Of a DNA stretch of 64,000 bases, positions 1 to 9,455 are shown in pieces; within the stretch, counting starts at the first letter, position 1, and every line of letters starts with the position of its first letter. Location of the stretch: NCBI GenBank assembly GCA_963763505.1, contig CAVXOZ010000009.1, positions 463,596 through 527,595 of the forward strand, given 5' to 3'. The notes below the pieces were generated by a model. The model worked only from the letters and a program-made list of their open reading frames with translations, was not told the DNA's origin and did no database searches. A program made the position numbers and the translations under genes. This DNA is from an uncultured delta proteobacterium (GTDB taxonomy: Bacteria > Myxococcota_A > Polyangia > Polyangiales > Polyangiaceae).

Positions 1-551
1 GGCTCGAGGTCCTGGCGTACGACGGGAACGGTAAGCTTCTCGACCAAGTCAGTAGCGGCAACATCGCGGACGGCGAGATCGAGGACAAACCGCCGGGCGA
101 TCCGAGGCGCGACCCGCACCTGCTCATGCTGCGCGACCGCATCTACGACGCGCAGGGCAAACCGGTGCACATGTTCTGGCAAGCCGCGATGTCCAGCGCC
201 CACCCCGACGGCTACGAGTCGAACGTACTTCCGTCGGCAACGACGACGTACATCGAGGGCAAGCACGCCGTGATGAAGCAGTACCGGGTGCCCGGCCCGA
301 GTGGCCTTCCGGCCCGCGTGACCGCGCGCCTGAGAGTGCGGCCGATCGGATTGGACGTTCTCCAGGATCTGGTCGACTCCGGCGACCTCGACCCGGCGAT
401 TGTGGCAGAGATGTCGACGCTCACCTTTGGCGCGCAGATCGAGTGGACGCCAGAGAAGGGGTTGATGAAGACCGTCTCCTCCGCCAAATCGAAGACGGAT
501 TGCAACACGTATCGCTGCCTACTCGACCCGAGCTCGCAGGTTTGCCACTGA
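1..551 (+). CDS. 3' end of a protein-coding gene that begins upstream of the window; hypothetical protein
   Basis: The reading frame is open from the window edge (frame of the 126..551 ORF continues to base 3 with no stop). GC-rich third codon positions. No recognisable motif. Confidence 0.4.
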   Translation, partial: LEVLAYDGNGKLLDQVSSGNIADGEIEDKPPGDPRRDPHLLMLRDRIYDAQGKPVHMFWQAAMSSAHPDGYESNVLPSATTTYIEGKHAVMKQYRVPGPSGLPARVTARLRVRPIGLDVLQDLVDSGDLDPAIVAEMSTLTFGAQIEWTPEKGLMKTVSSAKSKTDCNTYRCLLDPSSQVCH

Positions 552-607
552 GCGACGCCGCGGCGGCTCCCATTTCTCTTCTGGTGCAACGAGGCCCAGC
601 TCCCTCC

Positions 608-2122
608 ATGATCCACAGGAATCTGTCGCGACCGCGAAGTCCCGTGCTCGCCGCCTTCGCGGCGCTCCTCGCCCTGTCGTGCCATCCGTCGAGATCGGAC
701 TTGATCAAGGGCGGCCCTCCAGCGGCCTCGCCGCGCGAGGTCATCGTCCGCGAAAGAGAAGCACCTGCTCGACCCGGGCGTGCTCCAGGTCCCGACCCGT
801 GCCGCGGCCTCGCGCTGCCGCCGGAGCAGCACTACGTCGCTGCGGGGCTCTGCGCGCGGGCCGTCGCCCTCAGACAGGGGCCACTCCGCGAACTGACGTT
901 CACCTCGAACGGCGACCTCATTGCGGTAACGCGGCACGGATTGGTCCGGCGCTACCGCGATCTGAACGGCAACGGCACCTTCGACCCGGACACCCCCGAG
1001 GTCGTCGACTGGGCCGAGACCGGGGGAGACAACGGCCAGAACTGTCACCTCGACGGCGAATGGCTGTACTGCGGCTCGCAGGACGGGGTGAAGCGCTGGA
1101 GATACAGCGCCGAGATCGAGCACGGTGGCGACGGTGAGACCGTGATGGTGGGGCAGCCGGGCGGCGGCAACCATCCGTTTCACCCGGTGCACGTCTACGA
1201 CGGCTGGATGTACGTCGACTCGGGCTCGGAGCGGAACACGCTGTCGCCGATGCCCGCCGACTACTCGACCGAGCGCGCGGTCATCAAACGCTTCGACCTG
1301 ATGCGGTTTGCGCCCGGCGCTCCCTTTCAGTGGAATGACGGCGACGTGTTCGTGCGCGGGGCGCGCAACGTCACAGGCTTCACGCGCGATTCGAAGGGCC
1401 GCATGTACGGCGTGGTCAACGGGGTCGACGACCTGCGCCACGATGGGCAAGACGTGCACGCCGACAACCCTGGCGAATACGTGGTCCGGCTCGAGGCGGG
1501 GCAAGCGTACGGATGGCCCTTCTGCTTTGCGGCCGAGCGCGTCGTCGTGGCGGGCGTCCTCGTCCCCCCGGGGACTCCGCTTCGCGCCGACGCTTATCGC
1601 AATGTCGCCCCGCAAGGCGTCGTGGCGAGCAACAAGGACGACGCCTGGTGCGCGGCACACATGACACGGCCGATGACCTTCATCGAGGCGCACAGCGCGC
1701 CCCTCGACATCGTCGTCTTCGAGGGCCCCTACGGCGCCCTTCCAGCGCGCTGGAAGGGGGGGGCGTTCATCTCGACGCACGGCTCCTGGGACCGGATGCC
1801 CTCGACCGGATCGAAGGTCGTCTGGCTTCCGCTCGATGAGAGCGGGAGAGCGCCGACGCCGACGTCGACGCCAACCGAGACGGACTTTCCGTACGAAGTC
1901 GTCTTCGGTGGAGGCGATGCGTCGGGCCCCCGCGACGGCCAGTGGGGGTGGCAGTCGAGCGGCGCCGGCGAGCCCGTGGTGCGACCCGTGGGCATCGCGA
2001 TATCCCCCGTCGATGGCGCCCTTTACGTCGCGAGCGACGACCAGGCTGTGGCCGACCAGCCGGGGAAGCTGGGCGCCGGCGTGGGCGAGGGCGCGATTCA
2101 TCGGATCGGCCTCGAGCGCTGA
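608..2122 (+). CDS. Secreted PQQ-dependent sugar dehydrogenase-like beta-propeller (soluble glucose/sorbosone dehydrogenase, GSDH family)
   Basis: The internal ATG at 608 gives MIHRNLSRPRSPVLAAFAALLALSC, a signal peptide; the 443 start would add a non-signal extension. Motifs DGWMYVDSGSERN, YGWPFC (YliI-type 'YGWP') and repeated DGxLYV blades match the GSDH family. The opposite-strand ORF 212..2221 is low-complexity Arg/Ala-rich and is rejected. Confidence 0.65.
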   Translation: MIHRNLSRPRSPVLAAFAALLALSCHPSRSDLIKGGPPAASPREVIVREREAPARPGRAPGPDPCRGLALPPEQHYVAAGLCARAVALRQGPLRELTFTSNGDLIAVTRHGLVRRYRDLNGNGTFDPDTPEVVDWAETGGDNGQNCHLDGEWLYCGSQDGVKRWRYSAEIEHGGDGETVMVGQPGGGNHPFHPVHVYDGWMYVDSGSERNTLSPMPADYSTERAVIKRFDLMRFAPGAPFQWNDGDVFVRGARNVTGFTRDSKGRMYGVVNGVDDLRHDGQDVHADNPGEYVVRLEAGQAYGWPFCFAAERVVVAGVLVPPGTPLRADAYRNVAPQGVVASNKDDAWCAAHMTRPMTFIEAHSAPLDIVVFEGPYGALPARWKGGAFISTHGSWDRMPSTGSKVVWLPLDESGRAPTPTSTPTETDFPYEVVFGGGDASGPRDGQWGWQSSGAGEPVVRPVGIAISPVDGALYVASDDQAVADQPGKLGAGVGEGAIHRIGLER

Positions 2123-2147
2123 GGTGCGCCGGCGGCAAGCACCTGGC

Positions 2148-3785
2148 TCACTCGAGGGGTGGCGCATCGCGAGAGAGCACGCGCTCTGCGTCGGCCGAGA
2201 TCTCGAAGCACCCGCTCGCACGAAGCAGCGGCGCGGCTTCGCCCGTGCTCACGATACGAGGCGGAAATCGCCAGCCGGCCACCTTCTTCGGATCGCCCAC
2301 CACCAGGTGCCCGGGCAGCTCCGACCAGAGCGTGCCCATGATGTCGAAGTTCCAGCTCCCTTCCAGCACCTCCTCGAGGGCGAATACGTGACGGCACCCC
2401 GAGGGGGCGCGCTCACGCAACCCTCGAAAGTAGCCGTACCAGGGCTGGCCCTCTCGGCCGAACCAGGCGGAAGCCGGGTGAGGCAGAACGAGCCAGGTTT
2501 GCAGGGTGGCGTAGCTCGCTCGACGCTTCCGATCCCAGCGCAAGCCGAGACCCAGTTGGACGGCGACCAGCGCGGTCAGACCCAGAGCGAGCGCGTGGAG
2601 ATAGCGGCGTTTCGGATGACGCCCTAGAGCGCCCGCCGCGCAGGCGACGAGGAGCGCCGCGAGGAGCGGTACGAAGTCGTAACGAATGAGGTAGCGATAC
2701 TCAGCGTCCACATAGAGCGGCGTCACCGCCGTGAACAGGAGCAGAGTGGCACCGAGCAGGTGGGCTCGTCGATCGCCGGCCCACTCCGAGCACCACAAGC
2801 GCCAGGTGAGCCAACCCAGGAGCGCGATCTGGCCGACCATCACCTGCCTGCCGATGAACTCGGGAGAAACGGCGGTATGCGGGAGATCGAAGGCGGTGTG
2901 CTCGGCAAAGTAGATGGTGGCCACTCCGAGGGCCCGCAACTGTCCTTGAACGTCGAAGACGCTGCGCATCCCGAAGCTACCCGTCGGGCGCGAGAAGAGC
3001 TGCGCGACGAGAGCCCGCACGTGCAGGGGCGAAGCGGAGGCGAGCACGAGGCAAAACGCGACGAGAGTTGCGACGAAAGCCGGCACCACGGCAAGGGCGC
3101 GTCCGAGGCGGCGGCGGAGGGACCCACCCCCGGGCGAGATGAGCGCGGCCCAGAACCCCGGCCCCAGATACAGGATCGCCTGCCACGACATGAGGAAGGC
3201 GAGGCCCCCCGCCACGCCAGCGGCCACGCTCTCCGCCAGCCGCCAGCGCTCGAGCCGCACGACGCAAAGCCACATGACCGCGGCGGCCGGCGCGAGAAAC
3301 AGGATGTTGTCCTCGAGGGTGAGCAGCAGAAAGACCATCACCCAGGAGGTCATCCAGAATCCGGTGATGAGAGCGGCGATGAGACGGCGACCGGCGAGAT
3401 GGAGCGCCGCCGAACCGACGAGCGCGCACGTGATCGCGAACGCCACCGCATCGGCCAGGCGAAAACCGTCCACGTCGCTGCCGCCCCAGAGTCGAGCCAC
3501 GCACGCCCCGAGCCAGTAGACGTGACCGATTCCGAAGTGAGCGTTCCACGGCATCGACTCCCAAGGACTCTTGCCGCTTGCCATCGAGGCCAGATAGGCC
3601 CCGTTGTCCCAGTTGATCTGCGCGAGCCACATAGGACCTGTCAGGATCCATGCGAGGAGGAAGCCCACCACGGCCAAAGCCACCGGCAGCGCGACCCGCC
3701 CCTTCGGGCGTGGGCTCGACTGCCCTGGCGAGAGCTCATCTCGCGGGTCCCCCGTCGAAGGGTGCTCGCTGGCCGGTGGGTCCAT
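2148..3785 (-). CDS. Polytopic integral membrane protein, putative GT-C-fold glycosyltransferase (ArnT/PMT/DUF2029-like)
   Basis: 545 aa with more than 10 predicted hydrophobic helices, a Pro-rich cytoplasmic N-terminus and a conserved-looking loop INWDNGAYL...HFGIGHVYWLG. The product assignment rests on architecture only. Confidence 0.4.
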   Translation of the reverse strand: MDPPASEHPSTGDPRDELSPGQSSPRPKGRVALPVALAVVGFLLAWILTGPMWLAQINWDNGAYLASMASGKSPWESMPWNAHFGIGHVYWLGACVARLWGGSDVDGFRLADAVAFAITCALVGSAALHLAGRRLIAALITGFWMTSWVMVFLLLTLEDNILFLAPAAAVMWLCVVRLERWRLAESVAAGVAGGLAFLMSWQAILYLGPGFWAALISPGGGSLRRRLGRALAVVPAFVATLVAFCLVLASASPLHVRALVAQLFSRPTGSFGMRSVFDVQGQLRALGVATIYFAEHTAFDLPHTAVSPEFIGRQVMVGQIALLGWLTWRLWCSEWAGDRRAHLLGATLLLFTAVTPLYVDAEYRYLIRYDFVPLLAALLVACAAGALGRHPKRRYLHALALGLTALVAVQLGLGLRWDRKRRASYATLQTWLVLPHPASAWFGREGQPWYGYFRGLRERAPSGCRHVFALEEVLEGSWNFDIMGTLWSELPGHLVVGDPKKVAGWRFPPRIVSTGEAAPLLRASGCFEISADAERVLSRDAPPLE

Positions 3786-3919
3786 GGGGGCTCGTCGGAC
3801 GATAGCCTCGTCACAGCGACTCGGCCCGTGAGAGCCCGCTTCCGAGCGTTACATGATCGAGCCTATGCAGCCCGAGCGCGCGGGCGCTTGCCCGGCGCTT
3901 GCACTATTCCTTCTGACCG

Positions 3920-5911
3920 ATGGGGGCCCCCTCGATTCGTCGGACCTTGCGCGGGCTTCGGCTGGCCTTCACGTTGCTTGCGCCAGCGGGCACGGCGCGA
4001 TGCTCCTCGTCGCCGAGCTCGCAAATACCGCCCGCGCCGCCGAGCGGCGCAGAGGCCGTCGGGGCTTTCCTCGTGGACCAGGATTTCAACGCCCTGCCGA
4101 CAGGGAGCCCGCCGGGTGGATGGACGATTCAGGGGTCCGCGGGAGCCGTCGGCGTTGCCGAGGTCCCTTTCGCGGCCAACAAGAGCCTGGCCATCTCGAG
4201 CACCACCGGGGCGGGCGGGGCGAGCGCCACCATCTCCTTCGCGCCATCGTCGGGCCGCGTCGTCGTCGAGGCGAAGGTGAAGACCATGACGACCACGACG
4301 CACGAGGACCTCCCGGTGGTCCTGGGCGCCGACGGCGCGACGCCGGTCGTCACCGTCGCGTTCGACGGCGGCAACATCACGAGCTCGTCGGGCAGCGTGC
4401 AGAAGACGATCCAGACCTTCGCAGCGGCCACCTGGTACATCGTCCGCGTCGTCATCGACACGACGGCGCAGGCTTACGACTTGTACGTTGACGGCATCCG
4501 AGTCCTCGCGGGCGCCGCGCTGCAGGCGAACTCCGCGAGCGTCGCGGGCGTGACGTTCGGCGTCTCCGGTGCGGCGACGGCAACGAGCTTCGTGGATGAC
4601 GTGCGCATCTACGAGCTGGGTGCCTTCATCGGTCCGCCCCCTCCTCCCGTGATCGACGTGAAAGCGCTGGGCGCGAAGGGCGACGGAACCACGAAGGACA
4701 CGGCGGCCCTTCAGGAAGCCGTCGACTCGGTCCCGGCCTCGGGCGGCACGGTGTATCTGCACGACGGAACGTTCATCACGGGGACGATCCGGCTGAAGAG
4801 CAACGTCACGCTCTTCATCGACCCCACGGCCGTTCTGGAAGGGAGCCCCGACGCCGCCGACTTTCCGGCGCAGAGCCCACCGACGCAAAACGTCAACCTC
4901 AAGGACTGCCGACGCGCGGTCGTTTACGCCGAGGGCGCGACGAACGTGACGATCGACGGCGGAGGCACGATCGACGGCAACGGGAGCCTTCCCCAGTACG
5001 GTCCCAGCGCGGAGAGCGCCCGGCCGATCATGTTCTGGCCGGTCCAGACGTCGAACCTCGTCGTTCGCAACGTGTACTTCCACGACGGAGCCGTCTGGGG
5101 CGTCGTGCCCACCGAGTGCTCGCACGTGACCGTCGACAACGTCTACATCGACACCAGCGGCGTCCCAAATCGGGACGGGATCGACGTCGTGGACAGCTCG
5201 GACGTGACGATCGAGCACACGGTGCTGCACACGGAGGACGACGCCATCTGTCCGAAGAGCGGTGTGGCGGCAGGCGTCAAGAATCTCGTCGTCCACGACA
5301 CGGCGATCACCGGCTCCAGTCACGCCAACGGCATAAAGTTCGGCACGGTCTCGTACGGGGCGTTCGAGGATTCGACGTTCACCGACATCCTCGTCAAGAA
5401 CGTCGAGATGGGCGGCATCTCGGTCGAGTCGGCGGACGGTGCCAACGTCGAGAACATCACCTTTCAGCGGATCGAGATCGATGGGTCGGGCGCGCCTCTC
5501 TTCGTCCTCATCGAGAACCGCGGCGAGACCCCGAGCGGCGGCTCGAGGAGGATTGGGACCATCGACGGTCTGCGCTACATCGATGTCCGGGCGAGCGGGA
5601 CGAGATCGGCCGATGGCTCGGCGGTCGTCGGGCTCTCGCTCAACGGCGTCCGCCATCCCTTGGAGAACCTGTCGTTCGAGAACGTCGACGTCGAATTCCC
5701 GGGCGGCTACAAGAAGGTGCCTGCCGCTCCCCGAGAACCGGGCGCCGCGTACCCCGAGTACAACATGTTCGGCCCCCTTCCATCGGCGGCGTACTACTTC
5801 CGGCATGTCGACGGTCTGAGCTTCACCAACTGCCATACGACGGTAGGGGCGGCAGACGCGCGTTCGGCGACCGCCTTCGTCGACGTGACGCAGGTGAGCG
5901 GCGCGCCGTAG
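3920..5911 (+). CDS. Secreted glycoside hydrolase family 28-like (polygalacturonase/pectin-lyase-fold beta-helix) with an N-terminal ConA/LamG-like domain
   Basis: Signal peptide MGAPSIRRTLRGLRLAFTLLAPAGTA. GH28-type motifs NRDGIDVVDSSDVTIEHTVLHTEDDAICPKSG and SHANGIKFGT are present. The antisense 793-aa ORF 3863..6244 is Arg-rich junk. Confidence 0.65.
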   Translation: MGAPSIRRTLRGLRLAFTLLAPAGTARCSSSPSSQIPPAPPSGAEAVGAFLVDQDFNALPTGSPPGGWTIQGSAGAVGVAEVPFAANKSLAISSTTGAGGASATISFAPSSGRVVVEAKVKTMTTTTHEDLPVVLGADGATPVVTVAFDGGNITSSSGSVQKTIQTFAAATWYIVRVVIDTTAQAYDLYVDGIRVLAGAALQANSASVAGVTFGVSGAATATSFVDDVRIYELGAFIGPPPPPVIDVKALGAKGDGTTKDTAALQEAVDSVPASGGTVYLHDGTFITGTIRLKSNVTLFIDPTAVLEGSPDAADFPAQSPPTQNVNLKDCRRAVVYAEGATNVTIDGGGTIDGNGSLPQYGPSAESARPIMFWPVQTSNLVVRNVYFHDGAVWGVVPTECSHVTVDNVYIDTSGVPNRDGIDVVDSSDVTIEHTVLHTEDDAICPKSGVAAGVKNLVVHDTAITGSSHANGIKFGTVSYGAFEDSTFTDILVKNVEMGGISVESADGANVENITFQRIEIDGSGAPLFVLIENRGETPSGGSRRIGTIDGLRYIDVRASGTRSADGSAVVGLSLNGVRHPLENLSFENVDVEFPGGYKKVPAAPREPGAAYPEYNMFGPLPSAAYYFRHVDGLSFTNCHTTVGAADARSATAFVDVTQVSGAP

Positions 5912-6116
5912 CTCGGTGTCGCCAACCCACGCGCGGCACTCGGCTGTCTGGCGAGGTACCAGGAGATGGTAACCGCGCCTACCAGGCGTGACTTCAATCG
6001 ACCAGGGCTGGGTGCAATGGGGGCATCGGAAGCACAACGATCGCACCCCCGCGACATCGTCGCGGGGCGCCGGAGCGAAAGTTGCAGCGGTCGTTCGATC
6101 CAGGGAGAGGACCTTC

Positions 6117-6959
6117 ATGAAGCGTTGGTTCGCAAGCGCGGTCGCGGTCGTCGCGGCTGTCGTCGTTGCTTGTGGAGGGAGCAGTGGCTCGCTGAGCGGA
6201 AGCACGGGTCTCTGCGGACCCAGTGCGTGCGGAGGGGGCCGCACCTGCGATCCGACTCTCGGTTGCGTTCAATGCACGGGAGACGAGCAGTGTGGAGGGG
6301 ATGACAGGTTCTGCGTCCTCGGAGACTGCGTCGCGTGCCGGACGAATGCCGATTGCGGCGCGTCGGCTCCCGCGTGCTGGACCGTCGATTACCAGTGCCA
6401 CCCGTCGTGCGCGGGGCCGAACGCGACGGCCTGCCCGCGGGATGCCCCGAAGTGCGACCCCACTACGGGGGCGTGCGCACAGTGTCTGCAAAACGGCGAT
6501 TGCGCCACGCCGACGCCGCTGTGCAACACGCAAGTCGGGATGTGTGTCGCCTGCCTTGCCAACGCCGACTGCGCGGCGAGCGCGCCCATTTGCCTCGCGA
6601 CCGGTGGGTGCGTCCAGTGCGTCACCAACGCGGACTGCGGAGGAGCGACGCCCATCTGCGATACCGGAAGCCGGCGCTGCCGCGGCGGCTGCGCGTCGAA
6701 CGTGGCCTGCTCGGGCGACAAGCCGATCTGCGACACGTCGAGTGCGGAGTGCGTCGCCTGTACGTCGAACCTCGACTGCTCGGCGCCGACCTCGTTCTGC
6801 ACCCAGGACGAGGAGTGCGCTAGCTGCCTGCAGAACAGCGACTGCGCGAGTACCCCGACCACCCCGTTCTGCAGCGACGATCAACTGCGATGCGCCCAGT
6901 GCCTCTCCAAGAACGACTGCCCCGGCGGCCAGCAGTGCAAGGACGGAGCCTGCCACTGA
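6117..6959 (+). CDS. Cysteine-rich repeat lipoprotein (myxobacterial Cys-rich repeat, C-x-x-C/N-x-D-C periodicity)
   Basis: Start MKRWFASAVAVVAAVVVACGG at 6117 (lipobox). Then about 9 repeats of Cx6-8C..N.DC...P.C spaced roughly 30 aa apart. Confidence 0.7.
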   Translation: MKRWFASAVAVVAAVVVACGGSSGSLSGSTGLCGPSACGGGRTCDPTLGCVQCTGDEQCGGDDRFCVLGDCVACRTNADCGASAPACWTVDYQCHPSCAGPNATACPRDAPKCDPTTGACAQCLQNGDCATPTPLCNTQVGMCVACLANADCAASAPICLATGGCVQCVTNADCGGATPICDTGSRRCRGGCASNVACSGDKPICDTSSAECVACTSNLDCSAPTSFCTQDEECASCLQNSDCASTPTTPFCSDDQLRCAQCLSKNDCPGGQQCKDGACH

Positions 6960-7019
6960 GCCAAGTCAGCCCACTCGTTGCTATCGCTATTCTGCCCTCC
7001 CTGGCTACCGAGCCTGGCG

Positions 7020-8099
7020 TCACATCGTCGTCGTCATGGAGTAGTTGGTAAAGGTCCACGTCGCGTTCTTCCCGTTCGTCGAGCAGACCTCGGTCCCGAA
7101 ATCGAACTGGTCCACCGTGGAGTCCGCAGGGAGCCACCCGTGCTGGGCCGCATACTGAAATAGCTGGAGGAGATCCAAGGTGCCGGTCTCGATATTGGTC
7201 GTCAATACGAAGTACACGGTGCCATCGGTACCGCCGTTGCTGGACCACCAGACGTCGTACGTCTTTCCTCCCAGCGATACGTTCGTCGCGACCTGTTTCC
7301 CGCCCGGCGTCTGCCCGTTGTTGTAGACCCAAACCATGAACTCGTTCGCGTTATTGGGGTTGAACCATAGGTCATAGGCGACTTCCCAGTCGTTCTTACT
7401 GCCCGTCGGGGGCTCCACCGTAAATGTGCTCGTGACGCTCTTGAGCGAGCTGAGCGTCGGAGGATGGTCGGAGGGAAAGTTAACCTGCATCGCCGGGTAT
7501 GTCAGAACCGCGGTGTTTCCGGTCGGCTGGTTCGAGTTGACGACAAAATCGACGGTACCGTCACTGTTGAGGCAACCGTACGCTGACTCCGGACCGCAGC
7601 TGTTTCCTCCACAGTTCCACTGGTTGTCGTACAGATCGTAAGTGCTGCCTACATTGCAGGCCTGATTGTCGGAGACGCATGTGGCGTTGGCCATGGTGCA
7701 GGAGGTCCCGGCTGCACCGCCGCTGCTGCCAGTTCCACCGTCACCGCCGGCGTCGCCGGAACCGCCTCCGCTGGCGGTTCCGCTACCGGACCCGCTTCCG
7801 CTGGCCGTTCCACCGCTGGAGCCGCTTCCGCTGCCCGTTCCACCACTGGAGCCGCTGCCGCTGGCCGTTCCACCGCTGGATCCACTTCCGCTGGCCGTTC
7901 CACCACTGGAGCCGCTTCCGCTGGCCGTTCCACCACTGGAGCCGCTGCCGCTGGCCGTTCCGCTGCCGGATCCACCTCCGCTGGCCGGTCCACTATCGGT
8001 TCCGCCCTCGTTTTCGGTGGAATTCGTGGCACTGGAGGAGCACCCGACGACCACGAGCAGGGTCGCGGGCAGAATGAGGGTCGCGGCTCGATGTCTCAT
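7020..8099 (-). CDS. Lipoprotein glycoside hydrolase family 12 (endoglucanase/xyloglucanase-like) with a long Gly/Ser-rich linker
   Basis: Start MRHRAATLILPATLLVVVGCSSS at 8099 (lipobox); the ORF-track start is 8129. GH12 catalytic motifs NEFMVWVY (nucleophile Glu) and FDFGTEV (acid/base Glu). The linker is (SGSGSSGGTA)n. Confidence 0.7.
   Translation of the reverse strand: MRHRAATLILPATLLVVVGCSSSATNSTENEGGTDSGPASGGGSGSGTASGSGSSGGTASGSGSSGGTASGSGSSGGTASGSGSSGGTGSGSGSSGGTASGSGSGSGTASGGGSGDAGGDGGTGSSGGAAGTSCTMANATCVSDNQACNVGSTYDLYDNQWNCGGNSCGPESAYGCLNSDGTVDFVVNSNQPTGNTAVLTYPAMQVNFPSDHPPTLSSLKSVTSTFTVEPPTGSKNDWEVAYDLWFNPNNANEFMVWVYNNGQTPGGKQVATNVSLGGKTYDVWWSSNGGTDGTVYFVLTTNIETGTLDLLQLFQYAAQHGWLPADSTVDQFDFGTEVCSTNGKNATWTFTNYSMTTTM
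7775..8010. repeat. 36-bp tandem repeat (about 6-7 copies) encoding the Gly/Ser linker of the GH12 lipoprotein
   Basis: Direct repeats of ccgctggccgttccaccactggagccgcttccgctg and variants. It gives mirror-image repetitive ORFs on the other strand (7666..8109, 7679..8077), which are artefacts. Confidence 0.8.
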
Positions 8100-8317
8100 C
8101 GTGGGGTAGGCGCCGGCTTGCCTGGTCATGGGTCAAAAATTTTCATGGGGGCAAGCGGGTGATCCAGGTGGCCAGCCGCGGTCCGGAGCTCACCCGGGTG
8201 TACGCGCCGGAGGAGCCCCCGTGAGAGCGGCTCCTACCTCGAGCGCCGCGCGTCTCGCGTGCCCGAAGGTCACGCGAAGTGATGAAGGACCGCCGTCGAG
8301 ATCTCGGGCCGCGAACC

Positions 8318-8686
8318 CTAGGAGCGTTCCATGTGCAGCCCCACGTGATTGCCCTCGGTATCGGCGACGATCGCGATGTGGCCCGGCTCGCCGATCCCGG
8401 TCTTTGGCACGACGACCTGTCCGCCCGCGCGCGTGGCCCTCTCGATGCAGCCGTCGATGCCGCCTTTCGCTCTCAGGTAGACGATCGCGCCGTCGGCCGT
8501 CGGCCGACGCCGCGGGTCCTGGATGAGCGCACCCTCGGGCCCACCCCCGTCGCCGAGCAGCAGGGCCTGCGGCACGCCGTCGCCAGGCGCCCGGCGTGTG
8601 CGCGTGCCGAGCATCGCTTCGTAGAACTTCACGGCGCGGTCGAGGTCGAGGGTGGGGATTTCGAACCAGTCGATGACGTTGGACAT
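8318..8686 (-). CDS. VOC family protein (glyoxalase/bleomycin-resistance/dioxygenase fold)
   Basis: MSNVIDWFEIPTLDLDRAVKFYEAMLG...GHIAIVADTEGNHVGLH. The RBS ggaggtga lies upstream of ATG 8686. Confidence 0.75.
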   Translation of the reverse strand: MSNVIDWFEIPTLDLDRAVKFYEAMLGTRTRRAPGDGVPQALLLGDGGGPEGALIQDPRRRPTADGAIVYLRAKGGIDGCIERATRAGGQVVVPKTGIGEPGHIAIVADTEGNHVGLHMERS

Positions 8687-8740
8687 TGAGCTATCACCTC
8701 CGTGAAGAGCACCATGACGCAAGGCGGTGACAGCCTTCTG

Positions 8741-9406
8741 TCAGGTTTCTTCGGGTCGCGGCCGATCGCCCACCCCGACGAGAACGACGGCGCGCTCGAT
8801 GTGATCGAGGCGGACGTGGCGGCGCTGACCGCCATCGAGGTCATCGCACTCGAGCAGGATCATGCTCCGCTCCATGATCACGCCGTGCACCATGACCTCG
8901 CGCGACCAGCGCTCGAAGTTCTTGCGGCGGTAATCGATGCGCAGCGGGAGGTGCTCGAACCACGCCTCTTCGACGGCCCGGCGGACCTTCGCGTCCGCCG
9001 GCGGGGCGGGCACGCCGACGAAGCGCAGCGCGGCCATGTGCTGCGTGAGCTCGCGCTGCGTCGACGCGGTCAGCGCGCCGCGGACCTTGTCGAGCGCCGC
9101 GCCCAGCGTCTCCGTGAAGGGGACGAGGCGCATCGAAGACGTCCAGCTACCGACGGCGAGGAGCAGAGCCGCCTCGCGCGCCGTGAAGTTCACGGGCGGG
9201 AGCGTGTAGTTGCGGTCGAGTGCGTACCCTCCGCCGCGGCCCCGATCCGCCTGGACGGGCAAGGACGCGTCGCGAAGCGTGTCGAGATCGCGGTAAATGG
9301 TGCGTACGGTGACGCCAAACCGATCGGCGAGGGTCTCGGCAGTGACCCCCGTGCGACGGCCGCGCAGGTACTCGGCAATGGCGAAGAGGCGCGCTTGGCG
9401 TCGCAT
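8741..9406 (-). CDS. YafY family transcriptional regulator (HTH + WYL domain)
   Basis: Internal start MRRQARLFAIAEYLRGRRTGVTAETLADRFGVTVRTIYRDLDTL (DeoR-type HTH), then a WYL-like C-terminus. The upstream 98 codons of the ORF overlap the AlkA-like gene and look non-coding. Confidence 0.7.
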   Translation of the reverse strand: MRRQARLFAIAEYLRGRRTGVTAETLADRFGVTVRTIYRDLDTLRDASLPVQADRGRGGGYALDRNYTLPPVNFTAREAALLLAVGSWTSSMRLVPFTETLGAALDKVRGALTASTQRELTQHMAALRFVGVPAPPADAKVRRAVEEAWFEHLPLRIDYRRKNFERWSREVMVHGVIMERSMILLECDDLDGGQRRHVRLDHIERAVVLVGVGDRPRPEET

Positions 9407-9455
9407 GAGGTCGAACTGACACGACGCGCGCGCCGGCGTCCAGCGCCGGTGTCCC

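Noticed and set aside
212-2221. 669-aa ORF on the minus strand opposite the sugar dehydrogenase gene. Comparably long antisense ORFs occur at 3863..6244(-), 12201..13427(-), 13669..17346(-), 18128..19441(+), 18288..19388(-), 20919..22796(-), 31322..32941(-), 56048..57553(-) and 62289..63692(+).
   Set aside because: These are shadow ORFs typical of ~70% GC DNA. Their translations are Arg/Ala/Gly-rich low complexity with no domain signatures, whereas the opposite strand in each case encodes a protein with clear motifs and a signal peptide.
7666-8109. Plus-strand ORFs encoding PLPxxPLEPLPLAVPP and RFRWPFHRW repeats
   Set aside because: These are mirror translations of the 36-bp Gly/Ser-linker repeat of the minus-strand GH12 gene.
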